This document shows, piece after piece, positions 23,001-34,600 of a stretch of DNA of 64,000 nucleotides; the stretch's first letter is position 1; every line of letters begins with the position of its first letter. A model generated the notes under the pieces. That model did no database searches, was not told the DNA's origin, and worked only from the letters and a program-made list of their open reading frames with translations. Both the position numbers and the translations under genes were made by a program. The DNA is taken from positions 133,796,001 to 133,860,000 of the forward strand of contig OZ296650.1 of the NCBI GenBank assembly GCA_965655095.1, written 5' to 3'. Origin of the DNA: Haplodiscus bocki. Taxonomy: Eukaryota.

Positions 23001-25252
23001 GAATCAACCAAGTTTTGTAGTAACACTTGTATATCTGGTCTGAAAAAAGAACACTGCGCCTCCGCTTTAACCAACAACTCCGACGTGAGCATCCAATTTC
23101 GCTTGGACGTTAATGATATACTGCTTATTCCAGAATAGTTACCAACAGCCTTGAGCAATTGGTATGTATGGCTCGAATAATTAGCCTTGACGTTTTTTAT
23201 GAGGCGCAAAGTTGGCATAATTAAAGCTAACCTGTCTTCACAAGGCACGCTCAATCTTCCCAGTTGGGGATGTGTAGGTGGATGTAAAAACTGCAAATTT
23301 GAACCATTGTGGTGATCAAGACAAGTGCCAATAACAAGACCCTTGGAACAGTGTACGAAAGCGAAAGCAGAAACTTTGAATTTTTCCAGAACATTGAAGG
23401 GGGTGCTCCAATCTGATCTTATTCCACGAAAATGACAGTTGAAAGACGACTTGAAGGACACAAAACTGGGCATCAGTCCATTGATGAGATGATGAAACGG
23501 AATGAAGCCAGTTTCCTCAACGAAAGTGAAACAACCGAAGGGACATCGACAATTGGGATAGGCTTCTTGATCCAGTGCTTTTTCCAACCGTTCAGAAGAT
23601 CCCGAATCAATATGAGCATCGAAAATTGACCTTCTCTGTGTGGTGTCGGACACCAACGAAGGAACATTTTGTTTACGTATGGATGGATGTAGATGATTGA
23701 AACGATGCTTTCAACTTTGCCTTATCTCCGAAGGAATCATTGCATACAGAATTTTCACCTCATCATCCGAAAGTGAAGTGTCATGAATGAGGCTACTTAA
23801 AACGGTGGGCCAAGCGTCCTTCCAAGCGGCTGTGCTGCACTGCAAATATCGCAGACAAAATTGGCAAACTTTTTGACCAACACGACAATTGCGCCCAAAT
23901 TTTTTCTTCCGCCCGCCAACATTTTCCAAAACAAAGAAAAACAATTCGTAATACTTCGTCGATCTTCGCAAACAATTGGCACATTCTAGGTCCCCAACAA
24001 CAATCTGTGAATCACTATGAGAAGTGGTGTGGGAAAAAGCAACCGCTTCACAAGAGTCTACTGTGACTTCTGCTGATTCATTGAGTTGTGGTGAATTCTG
24101 CCGAAAAGTGGTCGTTGCAACAAATGAGGGAATGAAGTTAGATAACGCTGGCAGCGGTAAAGTTTCGAAATGTGCAGACGAGCTCCTGTTGTGTTTTTCC
24201 ACTTCATGATTACTCAAATTTTGCCTTTTTGCAAAACTTGAAATTACGTCGAAATGATTTCCTGAAATACTGTGACGAACAAAAATCGACGGAATATCCA
24301 AAGCATTTCGGTCACCTTGATACTCATAAACAAACCACGAAGAGGTCATAGTGTGATAAACCACAACATCAACTCGAGCCAGCTGTGCAAATGTGAAAAG
24401 TTCAACGCACGTTCCAAATACACCATCCGTACCCATGCGAGACACTTCCAAATAACTGTTGACATTCCGACAAGAAATTGCTCTGACACCTGGCCCTCCA
24501 GGAACATAAGCTTCCAAAAATTGGCTTTGTAAGCCAACACTGGGTAAATGGTAGCAAATAGCAGCCCGTATGAAAGCATGGTTTGTTGCATGCGAACCGA
24601 TAGCTACAGAAAGTGCAGAAAAAAGGCAATTTCCGTCTCCTGGAACATCAACACAACTTCCAGGAACCAAATCTGACAACGGATGTTCATCAATCAAAGT
24701 CGTTGGGAGAAACAAACCTTGAAAACTGACTCCCAGCTTATTGCAAACATGCTGTAGACTATGCTGACTTCCAATGATTTTTCTACCCTTCGAAATTACC
24801 GAATACAAATTTGCTTCCAACAATGGATCAGCATCTGATGACAGCGGAGTTAATGTAACATTCGAAATATTCGCCAATTTTGGACTTTTCAAACACTTGC
24901 ATTCCCCTTTCCCTTTGAAACAACCGCACCACACACACTGCTCAGTCACATTGGCACGTCGCCTCTTCGTACCTGGGCCAGGGTTCAATTCCAATCCTCC
25001 ACGAAAAAGAGCTAACACAATAAGACGTCTAGTTAAGCTTGAATCGTTGCCACCACAAAATTGAAGTTGTCCTTGAACGCAACACGCCGATTGACCACTG
25101 CGGTAATTTCGTTTCTCAATGCAGAAACCACCGAATAACGACACCGTGTAATTATGTGTCTGAGACAACGTTTGCAAACTTTTGTCACTTGAGAAAATTG
25201 ATGTTGAACACCAAAAAAACAAAAGCATTGTTAAACAACCGTAAAAATCCAT
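17072..25252 (-). pseudogene. RepHel polyprotein of unit B (leader + 2A-like - OTU - Rep - Pif1-like - GIY-YIG), interrupted by one in-frame TGA at 23711-23713
   Basis: ORFs 23711-25252 and 17072-23656 share a frame; the TGA replaces a Trp conserved in A, C and D. Motifs: GDGNCLF/NHFD, YEFQDKTSAFPHIH, YLAKY, GPPGTGKS, IEEVSM, FCYLL..YVG..RRRVHEHN. Confidence 0.85.
24974..25000 (-). other. 2A-like (StopGo) motif GGLELNPGP
   Basis: Preceded by hydrophobic LIVLALFR and followed by basic TKRRR. Positionally conserved with SGIETNPGP in unit D. The canonical Asp is replaced by Gly. Confidence 0.6.
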
Positions 25253-25740
25253 TGAAATCTACAAAATAATCCAACTAAAAAAGGGAATAGATTAACATAT
25301 CCAATGATCATTCGCAAATCGGAATAAGCAATAGCGCTTCTGGGCTGCAAAATCAATACAAAACTTTACACATTTAAATGAACAATGTTAGTAATGTTTT
25401 TGAGAAAACAAAGTTTACTAGCATGTTCATCATATGTCACGTCACAGCATTCAGCATCCGTGACTTAAATATACATCAGAAAGCCGAGAACATTGCAATA
25501 GCATTCGCATGCTACCTTCAAAACCTACTTTTGATCACACTTTGTAGAAAAATTAAAATTTTGTCAACACGCACAACATGTTTGCATAAGTTTTTAATCC
25601 ACTAATTTTATAAATGTGTCTGATCCAAAAAACCTTCAAAAAAGTCGAGAAAAACTTTTTAACAGTCCGTAGACCGTTGTTTAGTATCTTTTAACTAAAA
25701 ATACAAAAAAAATCAGCTAAAATTTTTTTTTTCGAAATGT

Positions 25741-26359
25741 CGTCATGACCGTCATTTTTTCGTTTTAATCGTCATTTTTTCGTCATAACCGTCATTTTTA
25801 TCGTCATTCTGAGCGAAAAAAAATTGTCGTCGAGAAAAAATCTTTCAATCGGTGTGAATTGTTCCGCTGTCCGGCAGCCCTAGATGTCAATGTTGATACT
25901 TCGACAAGGGAGAAATGACGGAATGACCATTTCTTTCAAATTTTCTATCAGTTTCATCCGTCATATCTCCACTTTTATGACGAGTTGGCGGAAAATTTTT
26001 TGCATGCGGATAACTCACAGTCAACATGCTTCACACACACAAAGCTAGCCCAATGCGTATGGTTAGTTGTGGAGATTGGGCCAAAAAACTTCGGTAAGGG
26101 GCCAAAAATGACGATCATTCCGTCATAACTCCTCCCGCAATGAATCAATCATGACGGGACCTACAACAAAATTCTTAGAATTAAAAGTTATGGCCACATG
26201 CAAAGTTTGAACAAAATCTAATGGTTGGAACGCGAGATCGCCTTATTTAGCCCCCCCTACGGACGGTTACTATTTGCTACGCACTATATTTTAAGCTCGG
26301 CGAACGGGTCCCTTCCCGGCCTCGCAGATTGTTAGTGGGGTATCACCCTGACCACCCAG
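25741..26359 (+). repeat. Subterminal module R2 (B-type), about 12 CGTCAT/ATGACG copies, two hairpins, terminal CCAG
   Basis: Nearly identical to 26801-27418 and more distantly alignable to R1, R4, R5 and R7. Confidence 0.88.
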
Positions 26360-27418
26360 TGGAGGCTAGGGTACCAATTACCAGAGGAGGCCTAACTGTA
26401 GGTACATTTTTCCCTGAATACAATTTGTTCAAGTTTAATATTTTTTGATCCATGAGTATTGATGTTTACATTTTTGCTATTGAGTCTTCTACTGTTTTGT
26501 GTTCCCCTCAGCAAAGAATATTACATGACTCCAAATGTTTTTATTGTGGTCTGAGCCCGTTGTTCATCCGATTAGCTACGCGCTAATCTCCCGAACAACG
26601 GGAAATATCAAATTTGAAAAGAAAATCCGTCTTTGAGAAAAGCTGTGGTTCACAAAAAAAGACAACTCCAATGAGTTATGAAAGTCGTTAGAAAATCAAA
26701 AAACGTTTGTGTACATCACTGCATCACATGTAACTATTTTCATTGTTTTCCACACGTTGAAACATAAAGTTTTATGAAGTTTCTTTTTTTTTGAAAAATT
26801 CGTCATACCCGTCATTTTTTCTTTGTAACGGTCATGTTTTCGTCATATCCGTCATTCTTTTCGTCATTCGGAGCAAAAATTTTTGTCGTCGGGAAAATTT
26901 GTTTCAATTGGTGTAAGTTATTCCGCTGTCCGGCAGCCCTAGATGTCAATGTTGATACTTCGAAAAAGGAGAAATGACGGAATGACCATTTCTTTCAAAC
27001 TTTCTATCAGTTTCATCCGTCATATCTCCACTTTTATGACGAGTTGGCAGAAAATTTTTTGCATGCGGATAACCCACACTCGAAATACTTCACACACAAA
27101 AAGCTAGCCAAATGCGTATGGTTACTTGTGGAGATTGGGCCAAAAAATCTCGGAACTGGGCCAAAAATGACGATCATTCCGTCATAACTCCTCGCCCAAT
27201 GAATCAATCATGACGGGACCTACATCAAAATTCTTAGATTTAAAAGTTATGGCCACATACAAAGTTTGACCAAAATCTAATGGTTGGAACGCGAGATCGC
27301 CATATTTAGCCCCCCCTACGGACGGATACAATTTGCTACGCACTATATTTTAAGCTCGGCGAACGGGTCCCTTCCCGGCCTCGCAGATTGTTAGTGGGGT
27401 ACCACCCTGACCACCCAG
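26360..27418 (+). mobile_element. Short non-coding unit S1 (1,059 bp), non-autonomous, B-type ends
   Basis: Left end TGGAGGCTAGGGTACCAATTACCAG resembles B's left end; right module 26801-27418 resembles R2. Flanked by cores at 26352 and 27411. Confidence 0.8.
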
Positions 27419-28466
27419 TGGAGGCACCGGTGAAAATCACCAGGTGGCGGTCACTGGATATACACCTCTGAAAAAGGAAAAAAACTACTAGTCTTTTCCT
27501 CGAACACAGTATTGATTTTTGCAAACGCATGTTTTATACATTGAAATTGAGCCGTTGAAATCTTCGTTGATATCAAAAAGACATCGATGATGAAACTTGC
27601 GAACGCTTTGGCCCCGTTGTTTCTCCGTGCCGCTTCGCTAATCTACGAAACAACGGGGCGGGGCAATTAACAATTTGACTTTTGAGATTTTCCCCCTCAA
27701 TTTTAGACCAAATTAAATATTACTTTTTTCCCAGAAAAACTTCAAAACTTCAGCCCACAAAAGATGCTAAACTTCAAAAGGCTGCACATTAAGACAATTC
27801 TGAAGAAAAACTGGCTGAAAAAATGCCAGATTTGAATTCTTTAATGAAAACTGTGTTTTTGAAAATTTTCATTTTTTTTCTGAATTTTTCGTCATAACCG
27901 TCATTTTTTTCGGCATACTGGCCGAAAATTTTTTATCGTCAAAAAATTATCTTTCAAGATATGGAGTCAATTTCATACTGGAGCCACTCCAGAGCGCAAA
28001 CTAGGTAATTCAATGTGGGAGCTATGACGAAATGATCAAATTTTGGCCTTTTTCTCCAAATTTGATGCGTCATATCTCTACACTTCGGACGAATTGGTAG
28101 AAACGTTTTTGCATGTGTGTAGCTCTTAGTTATTCTGCTTCACACAAAACGTTTCGGCCAAATGCATGTGGTTACTTGCAGGGCTGTCGCTTAAAAACTG
28201 CAAAAAAGGGCCAAAAAACAGAATCATCCCGTCATAATTCCCCAACCAGTTTTGCTAGAATGATCTAACTTGCACCATTGTTCATAGAATTGTAAACTAT
28301 GCCTGCATGCAAATTCTCATCAAAATCGTATGGGTGGGAGCTGAGATCGCAAATTCCCTATACCGTACGTGCGTATTTGTTATTTCTTATATTTTAACGC
28401 GAGGCAAAGGGGCCCCTCCCCCGCCTCGCCAGGACGTATGACGGGCGCAATCCCTTGACCACCCAG
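27419..28466 (+). mobile_element. Short non-coding unit S2 (1,048 bp), non-autonomous, A/C-type ends
   Basis: Left end TGGAGGCACCGGTGAAAATCACCAG resembles C's left end; right module 27890-28466 resembles R1 and R5. Flanked by cores at 27411 and 28459. Confidence 0.8.
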
Positions 28467-31400
28467 TGGAGGCGACGGTGAAAATTACCAGAAGGCGGGA
28501 TTTTCTGCATCCAATTTTTTTGCTGCATCATTTCTGGTGATTGGTTCTTTTTTCTAAAGGGTTGTTTTTATAAAAGGAAACTGTTGTTTTTTTATTTACG
28601 ATACCTTACTCCAGGCTGAAGAATAGCTCACACGACGCGGTACAACTGATACATGGATACATGGACAGTTTGTCTCACACCGTAAGATTGCGTTTTTTCC
28701 GCAAAAGGTATAGTTTTGTAGACTTTTTAAAAGTTGACAACAGCAGCAATGAAGGATGGCAAACATACTTTCTGGTCGATTTTTACACAAACTCAGGTCA
28801 AAACGGCGCTAATGTAACAAATTTTTAAAGTTGTCAGCTGCAGAAATAATATTTAACTTCACCCATTTACCCGTGACCGACTTACATAACAATGAACGTT
28901 TTCATTGAATAACCTTCCCATTTGTTTAATCCGGAATTTTTCAAAGAAATCATTGGCTTGCAGAATGGGTGATGTACCTGAAGCATTTCTTGGTGGTCCT
29001 CCATACCGTTTTTTGTTCTTCAGAGAAACAATATTGGTGTTGCGGGCTCGTCCACGTCATTTGGCCTTTTTCATACATGAAAAAGTACAGTTAGGTGTTC
29101 TGTACCAGAGAAATTCATGAACAAAAAGTTCCGCGCCAAAACATTTCATCCATTATGTAACTATTTTATTCATGCACCGTTCAAAACGCATTAAATACGT
29201 TTAATGCGTCCAGAAGCAGAACAAAAGGATTAATGGTAACTAGCCATTTTCATCATTGACTTGAGACACTTGTCTCCATTGTCTCCATCAAGTCATCGTC
29301 AGCCATAGATTATGACAAGTTAAAGGCCACTTTGATGACGTATCAGTGCTGATAGTAGACTAAATGTGTGTCTTTCTTTTGTCAAGTGGTGAAATTCGTG
29401 CTTTGATTTTCCTGATTTTCAGCTTTTACCAACAATAAACGTGGTTAGTGAAAGGAATCGAAACAGTTTCTGAAGGTATCATGCTCAGTTAAAACGATGC
29501 TTCTTTACTATTGATGACTTTCAAGAGTGGTTTCGATTTTAAGAATTTTTTTCTTCTACAGACCGAACCAGAACTGTCGCGTTTCACAAACGTTTTTGCG
29601 TGAGGTTCTTGGAAGAGGCTATTCGGTCGGTTCCGACGCATACATAACGGAGTTTTACACTTATTCCAAAATAACTTTTGAATTTTGTGTGAAAAATTAC
29701 TTGTTGTCAGATAAAATGATCAGCGAACGAGCATGTTATGGATACGTTTTATTCTTGTGAAGTTTTGTCGAGGTTTCTTTTTGGATATTGCGTTTTTATA
29801 TCAAATCGTAAATTGTTTCACGTGAACTCGGCATCGCCAATTTCCAATCCCGCATTTGAACCCTTTCATGTAGATACTTTTTCGTATGTGATAGAAACGT
29901 ATGAACTGTTCATCCTGTAATTCCTGACTCACTGAAGTCTCAACTGATTTTGGTGAACAATTTTTGGCTTGTGTCGATAAATTCGGCGCATTAACTTTGG
30001 TAAATTACTTTGCTAACGTTTTCCTGGGAGAAGAGTGCTGTGTAACGCTTGTCAGAATCGCTGGCTGACTACTAATACTTTTCAATAATTTCTAAAACTA
30101 AAAGGGGGACTACGCTGTTATCATCGTACATGAAATGTTGAAATAGTTAATGGCGCATTGGAGACGTGGGAAATTGAAAAGTAAACAAAATAATCGTTAC
30201 TTTTAATGTATCCCCTTGGTTGCCAACGTTGACTGGCATTAGAGGAACAATTTCTACAGGTTCAACAAAGTTGAGCATATTATTGGTTTTGCTTAGGAGG
30301 AGAACTTGCTTTCATTTACTTTTTAACCGCCTGCGGCCTAAACACCGGTCACGTAACATTTAGTGTTCGCCATTCGTTAGCTGGTGAGTTTGGTGTCAGT
30401 CATGCGGTAAACTGAAAACAAGGGATAATTTCTTAGACAAACAGACCGTTTCCGCTGTCAGTGCGGGAATGAAAGATTACGTAACGTTCTTGTTTCACGC
30501 TTTTCAAATAAGGGTTTTATCTCTTTTCAACTGAGCAGTAAAACGCTGTAACATGATATCCTACTTTGTTCAACAGTTCAATGTCAGTTTAATTTAAGCT
30601 AATTTTTCATGTTCATTGCTTTAGATATATTTGCTGTTCTTATCGCCAACTACAGGACGGTTAAGTTTCCAGCAGTAAAAAGCAAGCTTCAGATTGATTG
30701 CCATTGTAGTCAGCTTGAAGTAAAGGCAGATAATTGTGTAGTCTGTGTCATTATAGGAAAATTCTTCATGATTTTCGGGTGCTCATTAAAAATAACGTTC
30801 GAATATATGAAAGGCAGAATAAACTTGAGTATTTTTTTGTTTTTGGTTGTGCTGTGCTGGCAGGGAAGAAAATGATGCAATTTTGCGTGTATCTGCAAAA
30901 GTTTATTTTCGTTTTTGTTTGTGTTTGCCAATTGTCACCATATTGAGTAAATTAATGACAAAAAGTGTGTTTCTCGTGCAGTTGTGTGAATGGTCTCTGT
31001 TTCATTCCACGTCAAAAGGGGGAAGTAATCGGCTGGTACCAATTATCGCAAGTGAAAGTTTTTGGGGAATTTTGACATACGCCTCCTTCCTGTAGGAGTT
31101 TGCTGGTTTTTGTTGCAGACCAAAACTTGCGACCTGAAGCCAAAGATTTTATATCGGCTTCTCTTTCTTGAAGGGTTAATTTGGAAAGTAGTTTATTGCT
31201 TCTTGTAAATGTTTAGAGACTTTCATTGTGTTTTCTATGTGCTTTGCCTGTAGGACTTTTGCTATTTGATGTCGGCACGAGTGAAGCACTATATGTAAAA
31301 GGCATCTTCCCAAAGCCTTGGTTTCGCTCAGAGGCCTTCGCAAAACCAAGGCGCTTCTGTTTTTCATTATTCAATTCGCAATGGAAACTGTAACCGTTAT

Positions 31401-31637
31401 GGAAACAGTCCTTTCCTAAAAACTTCAAAAAGGTTTGAAATGCGGAAAGGAATAAATATCACAGTCTGTATGTCGAATTTATAGCAGCCTCTGGAGCTCT
31501 ATTTGTCGCAAATGGGTCCTTGGCGGCTTCAATTATCTGGGGTCTGTAATTTTTTTTGTGTTTCAAATAGGTATGGTAAATTTTGACATGCTGCTTCCCT
31601 TTTTTGTGCAATCAAACCTGCAACCAAAAAGCAAAAC

Positions 31638-34600
31638 ATGAAGCGTCGCCGTTGTACTTCTTGTGGACAATTTGCTGTTGCAAGCCATGTTTGCCTGAAG
31701 GACATTGATCGAGAACTGCAATCTGACAAGCCGCTGGGCATCTTATACAAAATTCCCGACATTTCAATCTCCGTTTCACCAGTTGCACGAAGTGAAACTC
31801 TGAACTGTCTCTCAACTTTAGGTCTAACTGATTTTTTAGTCTCTCTAGACGTTTCGATCGCAAATGACAGTATCATTTATAATTTGCGTCCGGCGCGTGT
31901 AACTGCGATTCTTGGCGATGGTAATTGCCTTTTCTCATCCTTAGCAGTTGCTCTCGGTTTGTCACAGGATTGTAGTTCAATTCTACGGAATATAATTGTT
32001 AGCAACATGATGTTCATCAACTTCCCTCCAAACAGCTTACAAACCACAATTTACTCCGCTGATTTTCCAAACCAATACCGTGTTTTGCTTTGTACTTCGA
32101 TTCAAGAGTACCTCAGTTTGTCGAAAATGGAAGAAAATGGAGTCTTCGGAACATGCGTTGAAATATACGCGTTTTGTCAGATTTTCCAAATGGACGTATA
32201 TTTATATCATGTTCCTCTGAAATCCTGGTTGGTTTATGAATGCTCTCTGAGCACGAATCGTCGTGGAATTTTCATTCAGCAAACCTGGAATGCAAATCAC
32301 TTTGAAGTAATCAGTGAGTTGGTTTCAGTCGCAAATGAAGAAAACGCTGCAGGTTCACAAAGAATTTCCTGTCTTGGTTCCAACGCAATGCATTTCTCTT
32401 CGTCAGTTTTGGGAGAGGCTATTGAATCTTTCAGGTACCCAGAAAACACAACAGGGGTCCCACCAGCGAAAAAAGCAAAACACACTGCGGATCCATCCAC
32501 CTCGAAGACATGCCTTGAAACTCACGTCACACACATTCCAAGTCAGAACTCCTGTAACGCAAAGTCAGATCAAAATTTTCCGATGCTACCGTTGTCAGAA
32601 AACGCTACCAACTCTGTTCTGAGCAGAGAAATACCCAAAATCGAGGATCTGTACACTAACACTGCTACGGTTTCACACAGTGATGCAACAATTGAACAAA
32701 CGACAGATGGTAATTCTAAGTCTGCTGACGGAGAGTTTTGCGGCAAATGCTTGCGACAATCCACGCTGCAATATCCGTTAAAGCTTACTAAGACAGAAAA
32801 GTCAGATTTTATAAACAGAATGTTTGGTAACCGAATCAAGGACGCTTTTCCCATATTATGCAGTCAATGTCTACTTTACTGTACTTCCGAACGCATCGAG
32901 TGGAGTCACGCATGGCCATCTGTTTTTTTTCACGCTTTTGAGTGATGAAAAAATGCCCAAGGAGCAGCAGTTGAATGTTTTAACGTTGTTATCTTGGGAA
33001 CTGAGACAGCAATGGATGGGATGCTTGGAAAAATTTACTCCATGTGTCCAACAGTTTCTCAATGCAAAAGAAATCAATGGGAAATGTGTCGTTGACGGAA
33101 CCGCTCGTTTGCATTATTTCCAGAAACTGATCAAAACTCTTCAACAAGAACAAATAGCAGTAGCTTTGGATAAAGAACCTTACCCGAACGTTCGGTGCCC
33201 ATTTGGTTGCTGGTGTTTCATTGAAGAATCCGGTTTAATCAATGCTAAACACTTTTTGAATCTATTCGACCCAGCGTTTACGTCTTTTGGAGCTTCTAGT
33301 CATTTGCATCTTAGAGGAATTAGGTCAGATTTCTTGGTTCCAACGTCATCGTTGCGGAAGTTTTTAATTGCAACAACTGTGCGTGTAGACAAAGTAGAAG
33401 GATTGGTTGTTCACGCTTGCCTTATGCACTCAAAGGGGTCGTCTGTGCAATACCTTCATCCTCCATCACATCCTGTCCTGTCAAGAACTGCGTTAATTCA
33501 CGATGAGCGTTTGAGTATGGTGGCACCAACAATTTCGTGGATAACAAATATTAAAGCAAATTTCGCCAGTCATACCTACCAGTTATTGAAAAGTGTTGGT
33601 TCTTATAGTGGAATGAGTACAGTTCAGTTGCGGCGGAGAACGCGTTGGGACATCACCAGCGATATCTTGTACCACGCTGAAGGCCTCGCGTGCCGTTTTC
33701 GGGAAGATGTTAAAACGAAGATTTGTGAATGGGTGAAAGAAGGTAAAATCGTTGAAGATGTAGCTTTGGGGATTCTTGACTATCCTGCACAGATTGAAAA
33801 CATATCAGAGTGTTTGTTGCCTGCCCTTTCTACAGATTTGGAGACTTGTGTAGAAATAGCTAAAGTTCTAGATAAAAATGATAAAGACTATTTAAACAAC
33901 GTGGAAGCTTTGAGTTGTTATTCCTTCGCCCACGGAACCGGCGAGTATGGTTGTTCGCCCCCTCCTCTGAATTGTAAAGGCAGCAATGTTTTTTGGCTGG
34001 TACAAGCTGCACTGTGTCTGTCACCGTTGATGTGTTGTTCTTTAGTAACATCAGGTAAGTATTCTGTGACCTTGAGGCCTTTGATATCTTCGCTGAGGAA
34101 TGTTTTTATTACCTCAAAGGCAATGAAGAAAGCCAGCAATACGCTACTTCTACGGCGCTCGGAAAAAGCAATAAACACCTTGCTAGAGAAAAACCGAACT
34201 GAAGAGCAGTTAAAAGGTGTGAAGTACTGTTGTTGCCATCTCGCCGCACAGTTTTTGGCAACCGTGTCAGAGAATTTTTGCCACATCCCCTTAACGAATC
34301 GAAAAAATATAACTTGTTATACAAATCTGCAACTTCCCGTTGAAACAACTCACGCTATATTCACCACCAACTCCCCCAATAATTTGCGGAGCAAAAGCGA
34401 ACCTCCGCTAAAGTTGGTTATCAGCGATATCGGCTATGAACTGATTGCAGTCGGAGCAAAGGATGGAGGCCCGGCCGCCGAGCCAAGGTTGATGGTTCGA
34501 CATGGAGGTGACTTCCAGAAGTTCTGGCTTTTGGAGAAAAACTGCAGATACGCTAAGAAGATGACAGAGTCTAGAACTGAGGCTTTGAGTTCAGGTCTTC

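Larger units (their letters stand above)
12995..26359 (+). mobile_element. Helitron-like element unit B (13,365 bp); gene cassette on - strand, antisense to the terminal module
   Basis: Bounded by cores J1 and J2. Contains homologues of all three unit A genes in the same transcriptional order but inverted. Confidence 0.85.

Noticed and set aside
23711-23713. TGA at a conserved Trp, suggesting an alternative genetic code or selenocysteine
   Set aside because: It is a single case. Trp is otherwise TGG and TGA ends other genes (7604-7606, 39706-39708), so a TGG>TGA mutation or base error is simpler.
25741-28473. CRISPR- or integron-like array
   Set aside because: Repeats are ~600 bp element ends, there is no cas or tyrosine-integrase gene, and the context is eukaryotic.
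28500-31570. Extra gene in the 3 kb leader of unit C
   Set aside because: Only short AT-rich ORFs without motifs or homologues in the window; isolated small hairpins (e.g. ~29186-29209) have no second copy to support them.
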